A DNA stretch of 64,000 bases from Bdellovibrionota bacterium (GTDB lineage Bacteria; Bdellovibrionota_C; UBA2361; CALJRW01): NCBI GenBank assembly GCA_041740355.1, contig JBGSMD010000016.1, positions 96,001 to 160,000 of the forward strand, read 5' to 3'. Below are positions 52,004 to 62,584 of this stretch, in pieces. The notes under the pieces were generated by a model. That model saw only the letters and a program-made list of their open reading frames with translations. It was not told the origin of the DNA and ran no database searches. Position 1 is the first letter of the stretch; the number at the start of each line of letters is the position of its first letter. The position numbers were made by a program, and so were the translations under genes.

Positions 52004-53917
52004 TTAATTTAAATTTGAAAAATAATATTGTAATCCCATCTCAACAAATGATTGATAATTATCAAAGTTTTTATTTCGGGAAAATTTAATAAAAGAAGTG
52101 AACTCACTAGTTAATTTATAGTTTTGACTGATAGAGATCGAATTAGTAGCATCATAATTATTGATCAAGGGTTGCCCAACCTTACCCTCAAATTGCATTT
52201 GTGACTTACTTGAGTTTGTCCATTGCATCAGGAGAGCCAAACCGGGAAGCGCTTCGACCTTATGTCCTAATGAATCCGCTAGATAAAATTCACCACTAGC
52301 TAGTAGTGTTGTCCTAACGTTCGGTAAAAATTCATAACTAAGTCCATAAACGGCGGAAGGTGCAAAACTTAGATTGCGTTCTGACTCCTGGACTACAATT
52401 CTTTTAAATTCAGCATTTACACCCCAAGAAAATGGTTTAATAAAATACTTTCTAATTGGAAATGAATTAATTTGAACCAATGTAAATCTTTCTAAGGAAA
52501 CCTGTTCTCTCTCAAAATAAACTCGAAATTCAGGTTCCAAAAAAAATAACTCAGAATTAGGCAGATATCCGGCATCAGGATCTGATAAACTATGCAATGC
52601 GGGACGAAGAGCGATGCCTACATATGGCGAATCACTCCCGTCTTGGTGTTGAATACCATAACTTGTTTTTAATCGTCCTAAATCTTGTCCTAATAAAGGC
52701 TCTGGTTTATTATTAATAAAATAATTACTTGCTATATTTGAAGAGAAAAGCTTACTTCTCAAATGAGCAATCTTAGCTCTTTTTTCAAGATTTAATTTAG
52801 GTACTTTCTTCACCTCAAAAGCCAGTAGTGCTTCTGTCGCATCTAATATTTTGATTTGCTCTTCAAAACTAAAAGTTTCCAAACTTAAATCGTCTTCAAC
52901 TAATACTAGATCAGCCAGCCCACGGACTTTTTCTTTTTCAATTAATGACAACTTACCTTCGAGAAAGTCCAAGACAGCAACTTCAGAAAGTCTTCTTTTT
53001 GGCTCTGAGCTAATAATTCTATATTTTTTAAGAATGCGAATAGTATCTAGTGGTATTACATAAGGAAATGGAGTTTGATAGTATTTTATATCGGGCCTAG
53101 CAACAGAGAGCAAAGCTAATAGTTGAAAAGAACAATTCTCATCAATAAAATAATAATCAAAATAAGCATTCTTCAGCTCCCAAAGATGTAATTCTAGAAT
53201 TCGAATCTCTTCCTCTGACAGATTTAAGGGATATTCCCATAGATCCCGTCGATCTGCATCCGCATATTGCTGAACTCTGACGTAGTATGGTGTGTTGTAA
53301 AATTTACCTTTATATCCACCAAATAAACCATTCCAAGCCATACTAAATCCAGTATGTTTGTGCGAATCTGCTGCGAAACTTACTGTGGGATCTAGTAACC
53401 TAGATGCAGGTAATTCACTATTTTCTAACCTAAGAAAAGTATGCCCAAACATGGAAGCAGGGTTATCTAAATAAGATTCTGCAAATATTAGTGATATTTT
53501 ATTAATACTTCTTTCCTGTATTAATTTACCTACTGCCGGACAAACTGTTTCTACGGGTGAGGCAGACTTGTATTTAGTAAAGTTATTTCTTACCCATTCA
53601 TATCGAGCAGGAAATCTACAAATAGTTTTATTTCTATTCTCAATAGAAATATTTTCCAGAAAAAATGAGTTAATAGTAAATTCTAATTCTGACTGTAAGT
53701 TAGTTTTTCCTGTGGGCGATAAGAAAAAATCCACAGAATCAACAGCACTTTGGTACTCAACACCTAAAGAATTTTTTTGAGCATGCATTAATGCTTGCCA
53801 AGCGGGGTTGGAGGCTAAACGTTTAAGTTCTAAATCAGTCGCAGAAGATGTGATTGCTACTAAGTTACTTCCAAAGAAAACTGTCGACAATAAAAATGTA
53901 AGTATCTTTTTTTTCAA
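52004..53917 (-). CDS. DUF4105 (Lnb N-terminal-like) domain protein with beta-barrel-like C-terminus
   Basis: CRFPARY, NPASMFGHTFLR, RDLWEYPLNL and YYFIDENCS motifs. Confidence 0.85.
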   Translation of the reverse strand: MKKKILTFLLSTVFFGSNLVAITSSATDLELKRLASNPAWQALMHAQKNSLGVEYQSAVDSVDFFLSPTGKTNLQSELEFTINSFFLENISIENRNKTICRFPARYEWVRNNFTKYKSASPVETVCPAVGKLIQERSINKISLIFAESYLDNPASMFGHTFLRLENSELPASRLLDPTVSFAADSHKHTGFSMAWNGLFGGYKGKFYNTPYYVRVQQYADADRRDLWEYPLNLSEEEIRILELHLWELKNAYFDYYFIDENCSFQLLALLSVARPDIKYYQTPFPYVIPLDTIRILKKYRIISSEPKRRLSEVAVLDFLEGKLSLIEKEKVRGLADLVLVEDDLSLETFSFEEQIKILDATEALLAFEVKKVPKLNLEKRAKIAHLRSKLFSSNIASNYFINNKPEPLLGQDLGRLKTSYGIQHQDGSDSPYVGIALRPALHSLSDPDAGYLPNSELFFLEPEFRVYFEREQVSLERFTLVQINSFPIRKYFIKPFSWGVNAEFKRIVVQESERNLSFAPSAVYGLSYEFLPNVRTTLLASGEFYLADSLGHKVEALPGLALLMQWTNSSKSQMQFEGKVGQPLINNYDATNSISISQNYKLTSEFTSFIKFSRNKNFDNYQSFVEMGLQYYFSNLN

Positions 53918-53942
53918 AGTTAGTTGAGAAACAAGTAATTCC

Positions 53943-54395
53943 TTAACTATTTTTTTGCCTTACTTCTTCAATTTTAGTAATTAAGATGGCTCCTTGGAAT
54001 TGTTCATTTGTCTGACTATGGTTTAAAAAAATAGCTTCATAATTCGCCTTTAGGAATTTATTAAATTGCTCCGAAGACTCAGAAGACGTAATCATTAGAT
54101 CTCCTAATGTTTGTAAATACTCACCTTCTCCCCTTGAAGCGTCTCTACGAATTTTCTCATAATTAAATGACGCAAACTTAATGGCCATATTTCTTCTATC
54201 TGCTTTGCTGGCAAGTTCACTTGCACCTGATTCTTTTGAGTTCGGAAAGGTGCTGGAAGTCAGACCAATTAAAGCTTCTGTAGTATTGGCCAGTGTTTCA
54301 GAGGTGCCCTCTAAACTTCTAGTAGTAACAGCACAGGCAGAGAGAATAAAAATGGTAACAAACAACGAACTTAGAAATAATAATTTATTTAACAT
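53943..54395 (-). CDS. DUF3015-like lipoprotein
   Basis: Lipobox LSAC; DASRGEGEYLQTL; usual upstream partner of DUF4105 genes. Confidence 0.75.
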   Translation of the reverse strand: MLNKLLFLSSLFVTIFILSACAVTTRSLEGTSETLANTTEALIGLTSSTFPNSKESGASELASKADRRNMAIKFASFNYEKIRRDASRGEGEYLQTLGDLMITSSESSEQFNKFLKANYEAIFLNHSQTNEQFQGAILITKIEEVRQKNS

Positions 54396-54807
54396 AAATA
54401 TAATCCTGAAATATTAAAGAAGAATAAAATAAATTCAAAAATTCCGTTAAGAAGATCCTATTATAAGCTCTATTTCTAAGACTTAAATATACATAGACTC
54501 ACTGTTTATGTTATTTTTAGCTACAGAAAGCTAGATATCTGCCGTAGCTTTTGCTTTGGCGCGACAGGAATCCAAGATTTGCTTTAGCCGTAAGGACTCA
54601 GTTCAATTTACTAAGGTAAATTATTTTTGTCATTACTATTTATTACGTATGGCTTACTCGAAAATTCCAAAAATTTGACATACAACCCGTAACACAACAG
54701 TTTTTATGTGACAAGACAGAATAGATCTAGAATAATCCTACCGTCCAAATTACAAGAATGTATTACGTTTACGGAACAGATTTAATAAACTTTTCTTGGG
54801 ATGCTAA

Positions 54808-54838
54808 CTTGTCCGCCGCAGCTTCAGCGAAAGTGGAC
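54808..54838. repeat. Family-B REP-like palindrome
   Basis: cttgtccgccgcagcttcagcgaaagtggac. Confidence 0.75.
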
Positions 54839-54943
54839 ACCTTAGTTAAGATCAAGCGAAGATGAAAATTCAAGACTGGCAATATCTATCAGATTTTAAC
54901 TTATTAGAAATTATTTTTTCAATTGGGAAAAATGTCATAAAAA

Positions 54944-56050
54944 TTAAATCAAATTTTTGGGATTTAACACTTTTAATTCTGGCAAAACAAATAGTCCATC
55001 TTTACGTACAAGTTTATTATCAAAATAAATTTCCCCTCCTCCATATTCCGGTCTTTGAATTAAAACCAGATCCCAATGAACAGCAGAACGGTTACCATTG
55101 TCAGCTACTTCATAGGCCTGACCAGGTGTAAAGTGAATTGAACCAGCAATTTTTTCATCAAATAAAATATCAGACATTGGATGTAGGATATAAGGATTCA
55201 CTCCAATCGCAAATTCACCAATAAACCTTGCCCCAGCATCGGTATTCAAAATTTCATTTATCTTCTGATGATCAGAACTAGTTGCCTTAATAATTTTTCC
55301 ATTCGCAAATTCTAAACAAACATTCTCAAAACGGCTGCCCAGATAAGTGGAAGGAGTGTTATAACTAATCATTCCTTCCACTGAATTCTTTACTGGACAT
55401 GAGAACACCTCTCCATCAGGAATATTATGAGTACCGGAGCAAGCAATTGCCGGTATTGATTTAATACTAAATCGCAAATCAGTTCCCGGAGAAATAATCC
55501 GAACTTGATCTGTCTTATTCATTAACTTCACCAAGGGCTGCATTGCTTTAGCCATTTTTCGATAATCTAGCGTACAAACTTTAAAATAAAAGTCTTCAAA
55601 TCCTTCTGTACTCATGTTGGCACTTTGTGCCATTGAAGAGGTAGGCCAACGCAGGACAGTCCAGCGAGTCTTGTTAACTCGCTGGTCTAATACTGGTCTT
55701 ATTATCTTAGAGTATCCAGTAAGAACTTTGCCCGGAATATCAGCATACTCTGAAGAGTTATGGGCACCACGTATAGCAATATAGGCCTGCATTTGTTTCA
55801 TTCGAGCGAGTTCCAGCTTAGCAAATTCATTAGTTTGTGAGTCAGAACTGCCTAAAACTAACTCTCTATTTATCCGAGAATGTTTTAATTCAATAAAAGG
55901 ATGAGCTGATTTTTTCCTAACGGCCCGCACCAGGGCAATGGCAAAGTCATCAGGAGTATCAGTCAAATCTAGCAGAATATTTTCTGATTTTTTTAATTTA
56001 ACAGAGTATTCAATTAAGAGATTAGCAAGTTTTGTGTAGCGTAGATCCAT
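54944..56050 (-). CDS. M29 aminopeptidase (AmpS/AmpT/PepS-like)
   Basis: [25 protein letters not shown] and SAVHWD motifs. Confidence 0.92.
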   Translation of the reverse strand: MDLRYTKLANLLIEYSVKLKKSENILLDLTDTPDDFAIALVRAVRKKSAHPFIELKHSRINRELVLGSSDSQTNEFAKLELARMKQMQAYIAIRGAHNSSEYADIPGKVLTGYSKIIRPVLDQRVNKTRWTVLRWPTSSMAQSANMSTEGFEDFYFKVCTLDYRKMAKAMQPLVKLMNKTDQVRIISPGTDLRFSIKSIPAIACSGTHNIPDGEVFSCPVKNSVEGMISYNTPSTYLGSRFENVCLEFANGKIIKATSSDHQKINEILNTDAGARFIGEFAIGVNPYILHPMSDILFDEKIAGSIHFTPGQAYEVADNGNRSAVHWDLVLIQRPEYGGGEIYFDNKLVRKDGLFVLPELKVLNPKNLI

Positions 56051-56225
56051 TTGTCAAAATTAACATGATTATTATTTTTGGCAAAGTGCGTTTTATCTCT
56101 ACTTATATCTAATAAACTATATAGTCTGAATATAAAACACTAATTTCCCATAAGTTAAATTAGTGTTTAGATCCTGAATTTGCTACTTAAGTGATATTTA
56201 GAATAAAGCTGTGGTATCCCAATAT

Positions 56226-58154
56226 TTAATTTACCAATGCATTGCGAAGTGCTAGTTTTGCTTTGCCTTTATGAACTATCCACTCGGCAGTTAGATCTTG
56301 TGAAACAGTTGTGCAAATTGGGTGAATCCCAGGCTGATACTTAAACCAAAGGCTATCACCTGTATATGCTTCAACTCCTTGGCAGTTAAACTCCCTAGGA
56401 TACTGTCCAATCCAACCACCCCCACCTAAAACTTTTACCTCTACTGTTAATGCTTCTTCTACGATAAGGCAGGCAGTATAAAGTTTAGTTTGATCCCACC
56501 GACCTTGTAATACTGGCAAACGACCATTTTCCAAATTATAATAACGATAATTGGAATGACAAATAGTAGCGGCAGCGCTTGGCTCAAGATAGGTTCGGTC
56601 TTCTTTTAAAAACTTCTCAAAATTATTATTAGAAATATTATAAAGCATTGTCGTGTAACCAAAATGCTTTATTGGACTAAGGTTTTCCCTGGCCCATTGA
56701 TGCTTAGAAAAATTGCGATACACCCCTGCCAATTGATTCACTGAAATTAAATTATATCCAGGAAGGATATGTGCTGGATTATAAACAAACTCTTTAACCT
56801 CTGAAGTAGCCATTAATTTAGAAGCCGTCAGATTTTGATTCCAATCTACGTTTGAATCTGCAATCCACTGATAAACATTCTCCTTGGGCCAAATTAATAG
56901 ATTAGTAAAGGCAAGCTGATTACCAAAATAAGGTTTAACTTCCCAGATAGCCAGAAACGTCAGCAGGAATAGAAAAAGATTAGCTGATTTCTTGGGTTTA
57001 ATATTTATAAAGACTTGAGCTACTAGCAGATATAATAATGGAATACACATTAAGGCGTAGCGCAGACCAACATGTACCCGAAAAATTAAAGAAAAATATA
57101 TTAAAAAATATACAAACAAAATGCCTGTAAAGACAAACTTAGGATCACGAAATAAAGATTTGCTTTGTTTGGTAGCATAAAATGCAGTGACGCCGCAGAT
57201 GGTAATCAAGGAGAGAGGTGTTTTTAAGATCCAACAAAGAATAAAGAAATACCAAATACCATCCGTCAATACTTGCCCCAATATAATTCCATTCCATTTC
57301 CAAGTTCTCTCCACAATTAATTGTTGATCAAAGCCAGCAATGAAATCTATCGGCAGGGGCAATGGTAAGTGTGGGATTAAAGAACTTAAGTTTTGAAATG
57401 CTTGATAATACCAAATCCGACTGGAAAAACTTAACCCCGTCCCTAGAAAACCATAGCTGATATTAATTATTAAAATTGTTATGAAACAGACAACTAAAAT
57501 TTGTATCACAAAACGGCTGACTATATGAAAAAGAGAAGCTTGCTGTAAATTTTTCACTAAAATCAGCAAAACTAGTGGTGGAAACAGAAAAGTGGCGCTG
57601 TATTTTGCTATGAAAGCTAATCCTAGTCCCAATCCTAACTTAGCGATTGAGGATTTATTAGCGTTCTTCCAATAATCAAGACTTAATTTCAACAAGAATG
57701 CTGTTGCTCCAGCAAATGGCAGATCTGTTCCAACTAAACTAGCATGTGCCAGAAGATTTGCATCGAGTGATAACAATATTAAAACTATCCATTTTACCTC
57801 ACGATTGAGAGACTTCGCTAGGATTTGAAAGCAAGAATAGAATAAAAGTAAAAGCCAAAATATTTGTGGAAGACGCGCAATGAACTTATTAAAACCCTGT
57901 TCCCCAGTAATTAGTTGATAAATTTTAATTCCAAAAACATTTAGCAACATTGCTGGTGTTGTGGAATTATAATTATGAACACTAGCTCGCTCAGTTAAAC
58001 CTTGCTGAATTAATCTTTCACTATATGAATAATGCCAATATTCATCGCCAGCTGGCCAGTCATTAGAATGCATTTGAAATAGAACAGCTAGTAGAGCATA
58101 GGCAACTAGAGTTATAGCCAAAATTTGTAAGATTTTTAGCGTTGTGATTTTCAT
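56226..58154 (-). CDS. GT-C (ArnT/PMT-like) membrane glycosyltransferase
   Basis: GDEYWH, AHASLVGTD, AKYS, KTPL, GLRY and DSNVDWNQ motifs. Confidence 0.78.
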   Translation of the reverse strand: MKITTLKILQILAITLVAYALLAVLFQMHSNDWPAGDEYWHYSYSERLIQQGLTERASVHNYNSTTPAMLLNVFGIKIYQLITGEQGFNKFIARLPQIFWLLLLFYSCFQILAKSLNREVKWIVLILLSLDANLLAHASLVGTDLPFAGATAFLLKLSLDYWKNANKSSIAKLGLGLGLAFIAKYSATFLFPPLVLLILVKNLQQASLFHIVSRFVIQILVVCFITILIINISYGFLGTGLSFSSRIWYYQAFQNLSSLIPHLPLPLPIDFIAGFDQQLIVERTWKWNGIILGQVLTDGIWYFFILCWILKTPLSLITICGVTAFYATKQSKSLFRDPKFVFTGILFVYFLIYFSLIFRVHVGLRYALMCIPLLYLLVAQVFINIKPKKSANLFLFLLTFLAIWEVKPYFGNQLAFTNLLIWPKENVYQWIADSNVDWNQNLTASKLMATSEVKEFVYNPAHILPGYNLISVNQLAGVYRNFSKHQWARENLSPIKHFGYTTMLYNISNNNFEKFLKEDRTYLEPSAAATICHSNYRYYNLENGRLPVLQGRWDQTKLYTACLIVEEALTVEVKVLGGGGWIGQYPREFNCQGVEAYTGDSLWFKYQPGIHPICTTVSQDLTAEWIVHKGKAKLALRNALVN

Positions 58155-58323
58155 TTAAACTGACTTATGATTCATGAATTAAAGAAAATTACTTAATGTG
58201 TGATGTACTAAGCGACATTCAAAATTACCGTTTCCTTTTTGTTGCCTAGTATATTCAAGTCCATTAAGAATGGACTTGAATGCTTGGAAAAATGCAACAT
58301 GCATTTTCAGTTTATTAGGATTA

Positions 58324-58420
58324 CTATCCCCCGAAGGAAAAATTAATTTATATAGTTATGACAAAAATAAGAAAACTAACTTTTAATATTCGAAAATTAC
58401 GTTTAGTCATAACTATATAT
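58324..58420. repeat. Family-A repeat, partial
   Basis: ctatcccccg...atatagttatgacaaaaa...gtcataactatat. Confidence 0.7.
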
Positions 58421-58447
58421 GACACCTTCTCAAAGCCTAATTATCGC

Positions 58448-59446
58448 TTAATAGGAAGGCGGCGGAAACCATTCGACACGATAACCAAGAATCATTCTTT
58501 CATAATCCTTATAAGGCTTTAAAATCTCCAAGGCAAGATCTAGACGTTGCTTAGCACTACTTGTAGCCAAAAAATCTTTAATATCTAATCTTCTTTTTGC
58601 GCAAAACTCCTCATAATTCTCCCCCCTTGATATTAATGGTCCTGGATAAACCTCAGTCCAATGCTCACGGGAATACATTCCTTTAGCTTTAATTTGTTCT
58701 TCAAATAATAGCTCAAAAAAAGCTGTTTTCTGTTCCTCCGTCAAAACTTGATATAAGGATGTAATGTTCTGCCCAGCTAAGCCCCTCGAATCTTTTTGAC
58801 TTAAGCTAATTTCTAAAACGGCCTGCAAAGTTGCCGATACTTTTCTAACAGCAAATTCATCTAAAGCCTCAATATGCAACTCCGGAAGTAATCTTATCTT
58901 TCCGAGTAAGGGGATTATCCCCGGTAAATTCATTTCTGCTTGCCATTCTCCAAATAAAATAGGTGTGTGAAAAGCTGTATCTACAACATAATCTCCGACC
59001 ATCACAGCCACATGCCCCACACCCCATGTAGCATTTTCAGCATCTCCCAAATAGACGGTAGGCATTAATTCTGCACGAAGAGCCCCATAATCATCGACAA
59101 CAAAAATACTCCCATTACTAAGGTACTTTGACCCGGTCAGCAGCCGACCAGCCTCTCTTTCCGTCTGAAACCATTCTTTAATTGGCTGAATTAGAGGTTT
59201 TCTCAGACTCAAAAAGTCGCCAACCTTAGTATTAAATACAAAAGCTCTCTTTAATAGTGAAGGATCAATTCCAGCAGATAAAGCTAATTTAAGAACTACT
59301 TCAGCTCGTTCATGACAGCCATCATCGATCACCTTACAAGGCAGCTGAGAATGTGCCTGTGCAATAGCTAGCAATTCTTGCGCCTCTGCAAAACCAAGAT
59401 ATTTCAACTTAGTATCTAAACTTTTTAAAGCGTTCTTAATTTCCAA
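58448..59446 (-). CDS. Protein-glutamine glutaminase-like (papain-fold deamidase) domain protein
   Basis: DDGCHERA, W..GHVAVMV and YVVD provide a Cys-His-Asp triad in the family order. Confidence 0.62.
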   Translation of the reverse strand: MEIKNALKSLDTKLKYLGFAEAQELLAIAQAHSQLPCKVIDDGCHERAEVVLKLALSAGIDPSLLKRAFVFNTKVGDFLSLRKPLIQPIKEWFQTEREAGRLLTGSKYLSNGSIFVVDDYGALRAELMPTVYLGDAENATWGVGHVAVMVGDYVVDTAFHTPILFGEWQAEMNLPGIIPLLGKIRLLPELHIEALDEFAVRKVSATLQAVLEISLSQKDSRGLAGQNITSLYQVLTEEQKTAFFELLFEEQIKAKGMYSREHWTEVYPGPLISRGENYEEFCAKRRLDIKDFLATSSAKQRLDLALEILKPYKDYERMILGYRVEWFPPPSY

Positions 59447-59640
59447 GGCAAAATATATCGAAGGTAAACTATTCTAAGTTATGGATAAATAATAAATAAT
59501 GTAACATTTGAATATATTATTAAAAGTAAAAATCACGAATGAATTGCTAAAAAACCATTTTTGGAATTCCAGTTGGTTTGACTTTATTGCTTGTATATAA
59601 GCATTCAAACTGGGATACCTGCCCGTAACTTGCCAGCCGA

Positions 59641-59669
59641 CTTGTCCGCCGAAGCTTTCTTCAAAGGAT
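59641..59669. repeat. Degenerate family-B REP-like copy
   Basis: cttgtccgccgaagctt...aagga. Confidence 0.5.
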
Positions 59670-59786
59670 AGTCCATGATTGGAGAGTCCAATAAATATTG
59701 ATTTTGAACAAATTAATTATTAACAGTCACAAATCTTACTTATGGAAAAAACCAATCCAGTTATAAATTATATTAATTGTAAGTTA

Positions 59787-61745
59787 TTAAGAACTGGCAA
59801 TCAGCTGTTTATCAACTAAATAAAAAATTGGGTAATCCGGATGAAGATTAATCAACTTCTGATTATGATCTCTTAAGTCTGTAGCAAAAATATAATTTCC
59901 ATTAAAACCAACTGAATTATCAGCAAAAAATGGTGAGTAATTACCAAAACCCTGAAGATCATAATTTAAATCATCCTGACATTCTGCGGGAATTTTGTTG
60001 CCAACTTTTAAACGAAAGGTTGAATCTCCGGCTATATTTAGCTTAAGGACTTCCTGCTTCTGAATAATAAACTCATTTAGTACAGTCAGTAATTGCTCAA
60101 AACTTAATTTGTCTTGATAATAATTTTTAATAATCTCGGATAACTGACAATGATCTGATTGACGATAAACTTGTTCGACAAGAGGAGCAGACACTCCTGC
60201 CCCACGAAGCAAAGAAACTAAGCGGTGTCCAAAACTAACCTTCACAAATACTAAGGCTTTATTGACTTTCCTAGCTTTCAGCATCTCCGGTAAATTAATT
60301 TTAAATGAAGCCATTCCATGGGCATAAGTATTGGCCCTCTGCGGGAAAGAAAAACAGAGTGAATAGATTATAGTCAAAATAATAAAACCACGCCAAAAAA
60401 CAGTTAAGGAAATTACTCGATGTCCTAAACTGAATTCTTTACTTTTGAAGTGCTGATCGATCAGGCCCAGGCTACGGACAAAAAGCGGAATTAAAAATAA
60501 GATCGAGACATGTAAAAATCTTGGACCTAAAAAAGAATCTCGGTGCCAATAAAATATGTATGCTATCGGCGTCGCAAAAGAAAGTATTAAAAATAAGCGA
60601 TCCTCTACGGTATCTTGCTTTTTTAAGAATAAAACAGGCAGAAATATCAAGGCTGGCCAAGGGGATTCGAAAAGAAATTCATTAATCAGTTTCCAGTCAA
60701 TTATAAAATCTTGGAGAGCAATTAGTGGAGTATAATCAATACCCCAGGGAGATTGATGAAAGCCTAATTGATGACTAGCTCCCCAAAGTTTGATATACCC
60801 TGCTAAAAAAGGATCTCCAGTGGTGATCATATTAAAGCCTAAATAAACACAAACGCCAGGCAAGACAGAGAATGAAGCTATTAGTAAATGGCTTATAGGC
60901 AATTCATGCCAAGTTCGTTTTAGAATATAAATCAACAATACTATACCAATTGCAATCATTTCTAATGGTCGAGTTGCTAATGCCAAGCCCGAAAAAAATC
61001 CCGATAAAATTAAATAAAATAATTTTTTATTTTCTACATATTTGAAACAATATAAAGTTGTCAGAGCAATTAATAAGAATGCTGTGCTATGACTCATAAA
61101 GCTAACGCCCAGAAATAAATAGAATGGCGAAATAGCTAATAATAAAGTCGCCCACTTGGCATCTTTGTTGGGCAAAATCATCTGATAGATGACCGACGCA
61201 GTAACAACTCCCAGTATCGAGATAAGAATTTGTACCACGTTAACACTCCCCAGATACACACCAACTGCTAGAAGTAATGAATGAAAGGGCGGATACTGGG
61301 CAAAGACTCCATTCTGCTCATAGAGAATATTATAGGTATAAAAAAATTCAGGATATTTAGGAAGTGGTGCTAGCAGATTTCCAGCAGCAAAAATTTTAGC
61401 CTGAAAAAGATAGGCGATACTATCTACCTGAGGGGGGCGGACTTTAAAAACTAAACTTGAAATTAATGCTAAAAGAAAAATACAAACAAAAAAAATTAAA
61501 GATATCGGTAATCTTTTTACGAAAATATTAAAATCAAACTGGATGATTGTTTGATTAAACCTACGAAAGAAGGAACAACTATAAGCAAAAAGAAAAGCTA
61601 AAAGCAAAGTAGCGCTGATTCCATAAGCCCAAGCTTCTAGATTCAAAGCAAATTTAATATCTTTAACTTTACCAAAAAGCAGCTCTATTGGTAATAAGAT
61701 TACCAATCCAGTAAAGAAACTTAAGATAAGATAGAAGTAACGCAA
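59787..61745 (-). CDS. GT-C (ArnT/PMT-like) membrane glycosyltransferase
   Basis: DSIAYLFQAKIFAAG, QYPP, FMSH, ATRP and LGPRF motifs; paralogous to 41039-42517. Confidence 0.78.
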   Translation of the reverse strand: MRYFYLILSFFTGLVILLPIELLFGKVKDIKFALNLEAWAYGISATLLLAFLFAYSCSFFRRFNQTIIQFDFNIFVKRLPISLIFFVCIFLLALISSLVFKVRPPQVDSIAYLFQAKIFAAGNLLAPLPKYPEFFYTYNILYEQNGVFAQYPPFHSLLLAVGVYLGSVNVVQILISILGVVTASVIYQMILPNKDAKWATLLLAISPFYLFLGVSFMSHSTAFLLIALTTLYCFKYVENKKLFYLILSGFFSGLALATRPLEMIAIGIVLLIYILKRTWHELPISHLLIASFSVLPGVCVYLGFNMITTGDPFLAGYIKLWGASHQLGFHQSPWGIDYTPLIALQDFIIDWKLINEFLFESPWPALIFLPVLFLKKQDTVEDRLFLILSFATPIAYIFYWHRDSFLGPRFLHVSILFLIPLFVRSLGLIDQHFKSKEFSLGHRVISLTVFWRGFIILTIIYSLCFSFPQRANTYAHGMASFKINLPEMLKARKVNKALVFVKVSFGHRLVSLLRGAGVSAPLVEQVYRQSDHCQLSEIIKNYYQDKLSFEQLLTVLNEFIIQKQEVLKLNIAGDSTFRLKVGNKIPAECQDDLNYDLQGFGNYSPFFADNSVGFNGNYIFATDLRDHNQKLINLHPDYPIFYLVDKQLIASS

Positions 61746-61930
61746 TTTAATTATAATTGAAAAAAATTAAAGAAATCAATTGCCAGGAGTTCATTCTTTT
61801 AATTTCAGAGTAGCAAGGCTCAATCATAGATACCTTAGTGTTAAGCATAACAAGCAAAACTCTTCGAATTATAAAGAATATTGCTGATTCAAGAAAGGAA
61901 GAAAATAATTCAGGTTTATATTTCCAAATT

Positions 61931-62431
61931 TTAGTCTAGTAATTGCAAGGAGCTAAAACAACTGACAATCAGATCTCCATCACAATTAGTTCGATCATCT
62001 ACATTAACCAACTGATTAATAAGTAGTTCTTCAGAAAAGCTAAGTCCAGAGTCGTTGCTAAAAAGCTGTCCGGGTCGGGCAACTAGATCGTCCTCAACTC
62101 GAACTTCGCAGCGATTGTCCTGGTCATCCCCATCGGCAAGATACAAATATGCCCCTGTTCCCAAAGAATTTAAAAAGGTGATAGCCGCTCTACTCTTCTC
62201 TGGGATCGGAGTTATAGCTTGTAATTGGATCAAATCAGCACGACCCTCATCGTCAATAATTGAAATCAAATTGGGCTCGGAAATTCCAATAATAGTTACG
62301 GGCTTACCTCGATCTTCTGAAACTGGGTTACGGAGTTTTTCATCTACGACGGCCCCACAATAAGAGGAGGCTTCAGTATTATCGTCCGTGCAGGAAGAAA
62401 GCAGAATTAATAAAATCGTTAATAATCGCAT
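61931..62431 (-). CDS. Lipoprotein with degenerate thermonuclease (SNase)-like fold
   Basis: Lipobox LSSC; IQLQAI...AAITFL...GLSFSEELLINQLV spacing resembles SNase; catalytic motifs not obvious. Confidence 0.55.
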   Translation of the reverse strand: MRLLTILLILLSSCTDDNTEASSYCGAVVDEKLRNPVSEDRGKPVTIIGISEPNLISIIDDEGRADLIQLQAITPIPEKSRAAITFLNSLGTGAYLYLADGDDQDNRCEVRVEDDLVARPGQLFSNDSGLSFSEELLINQLVNVDDRTNCDGDLIVSCFSSLQLLD

Positions 62432-62584
62432 AATTAGCTGAAGAAAAATAAATTGCTGATTATTATTTAGCACATAGCAGGATGCAAACAAAGAGCTTGT
62501 TACAATTTCACAATTTAATAAATTATCTCAAATAAGAACAGCAAACTCAGACTCTAAGCATTTTATTATAAAGTACAAGCAAAT

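Noticed and set aside
3954-62363. Short ORFs overlapping long genes (e.g. 3954-4136, 5230-5493, 12198-12491, 35595-35837, 50000-50182, 54862-55131, 62055-62363)
   Set aside because: Antisense or off-frame shadows of better-supported genes or relics, with no motifs of their own.
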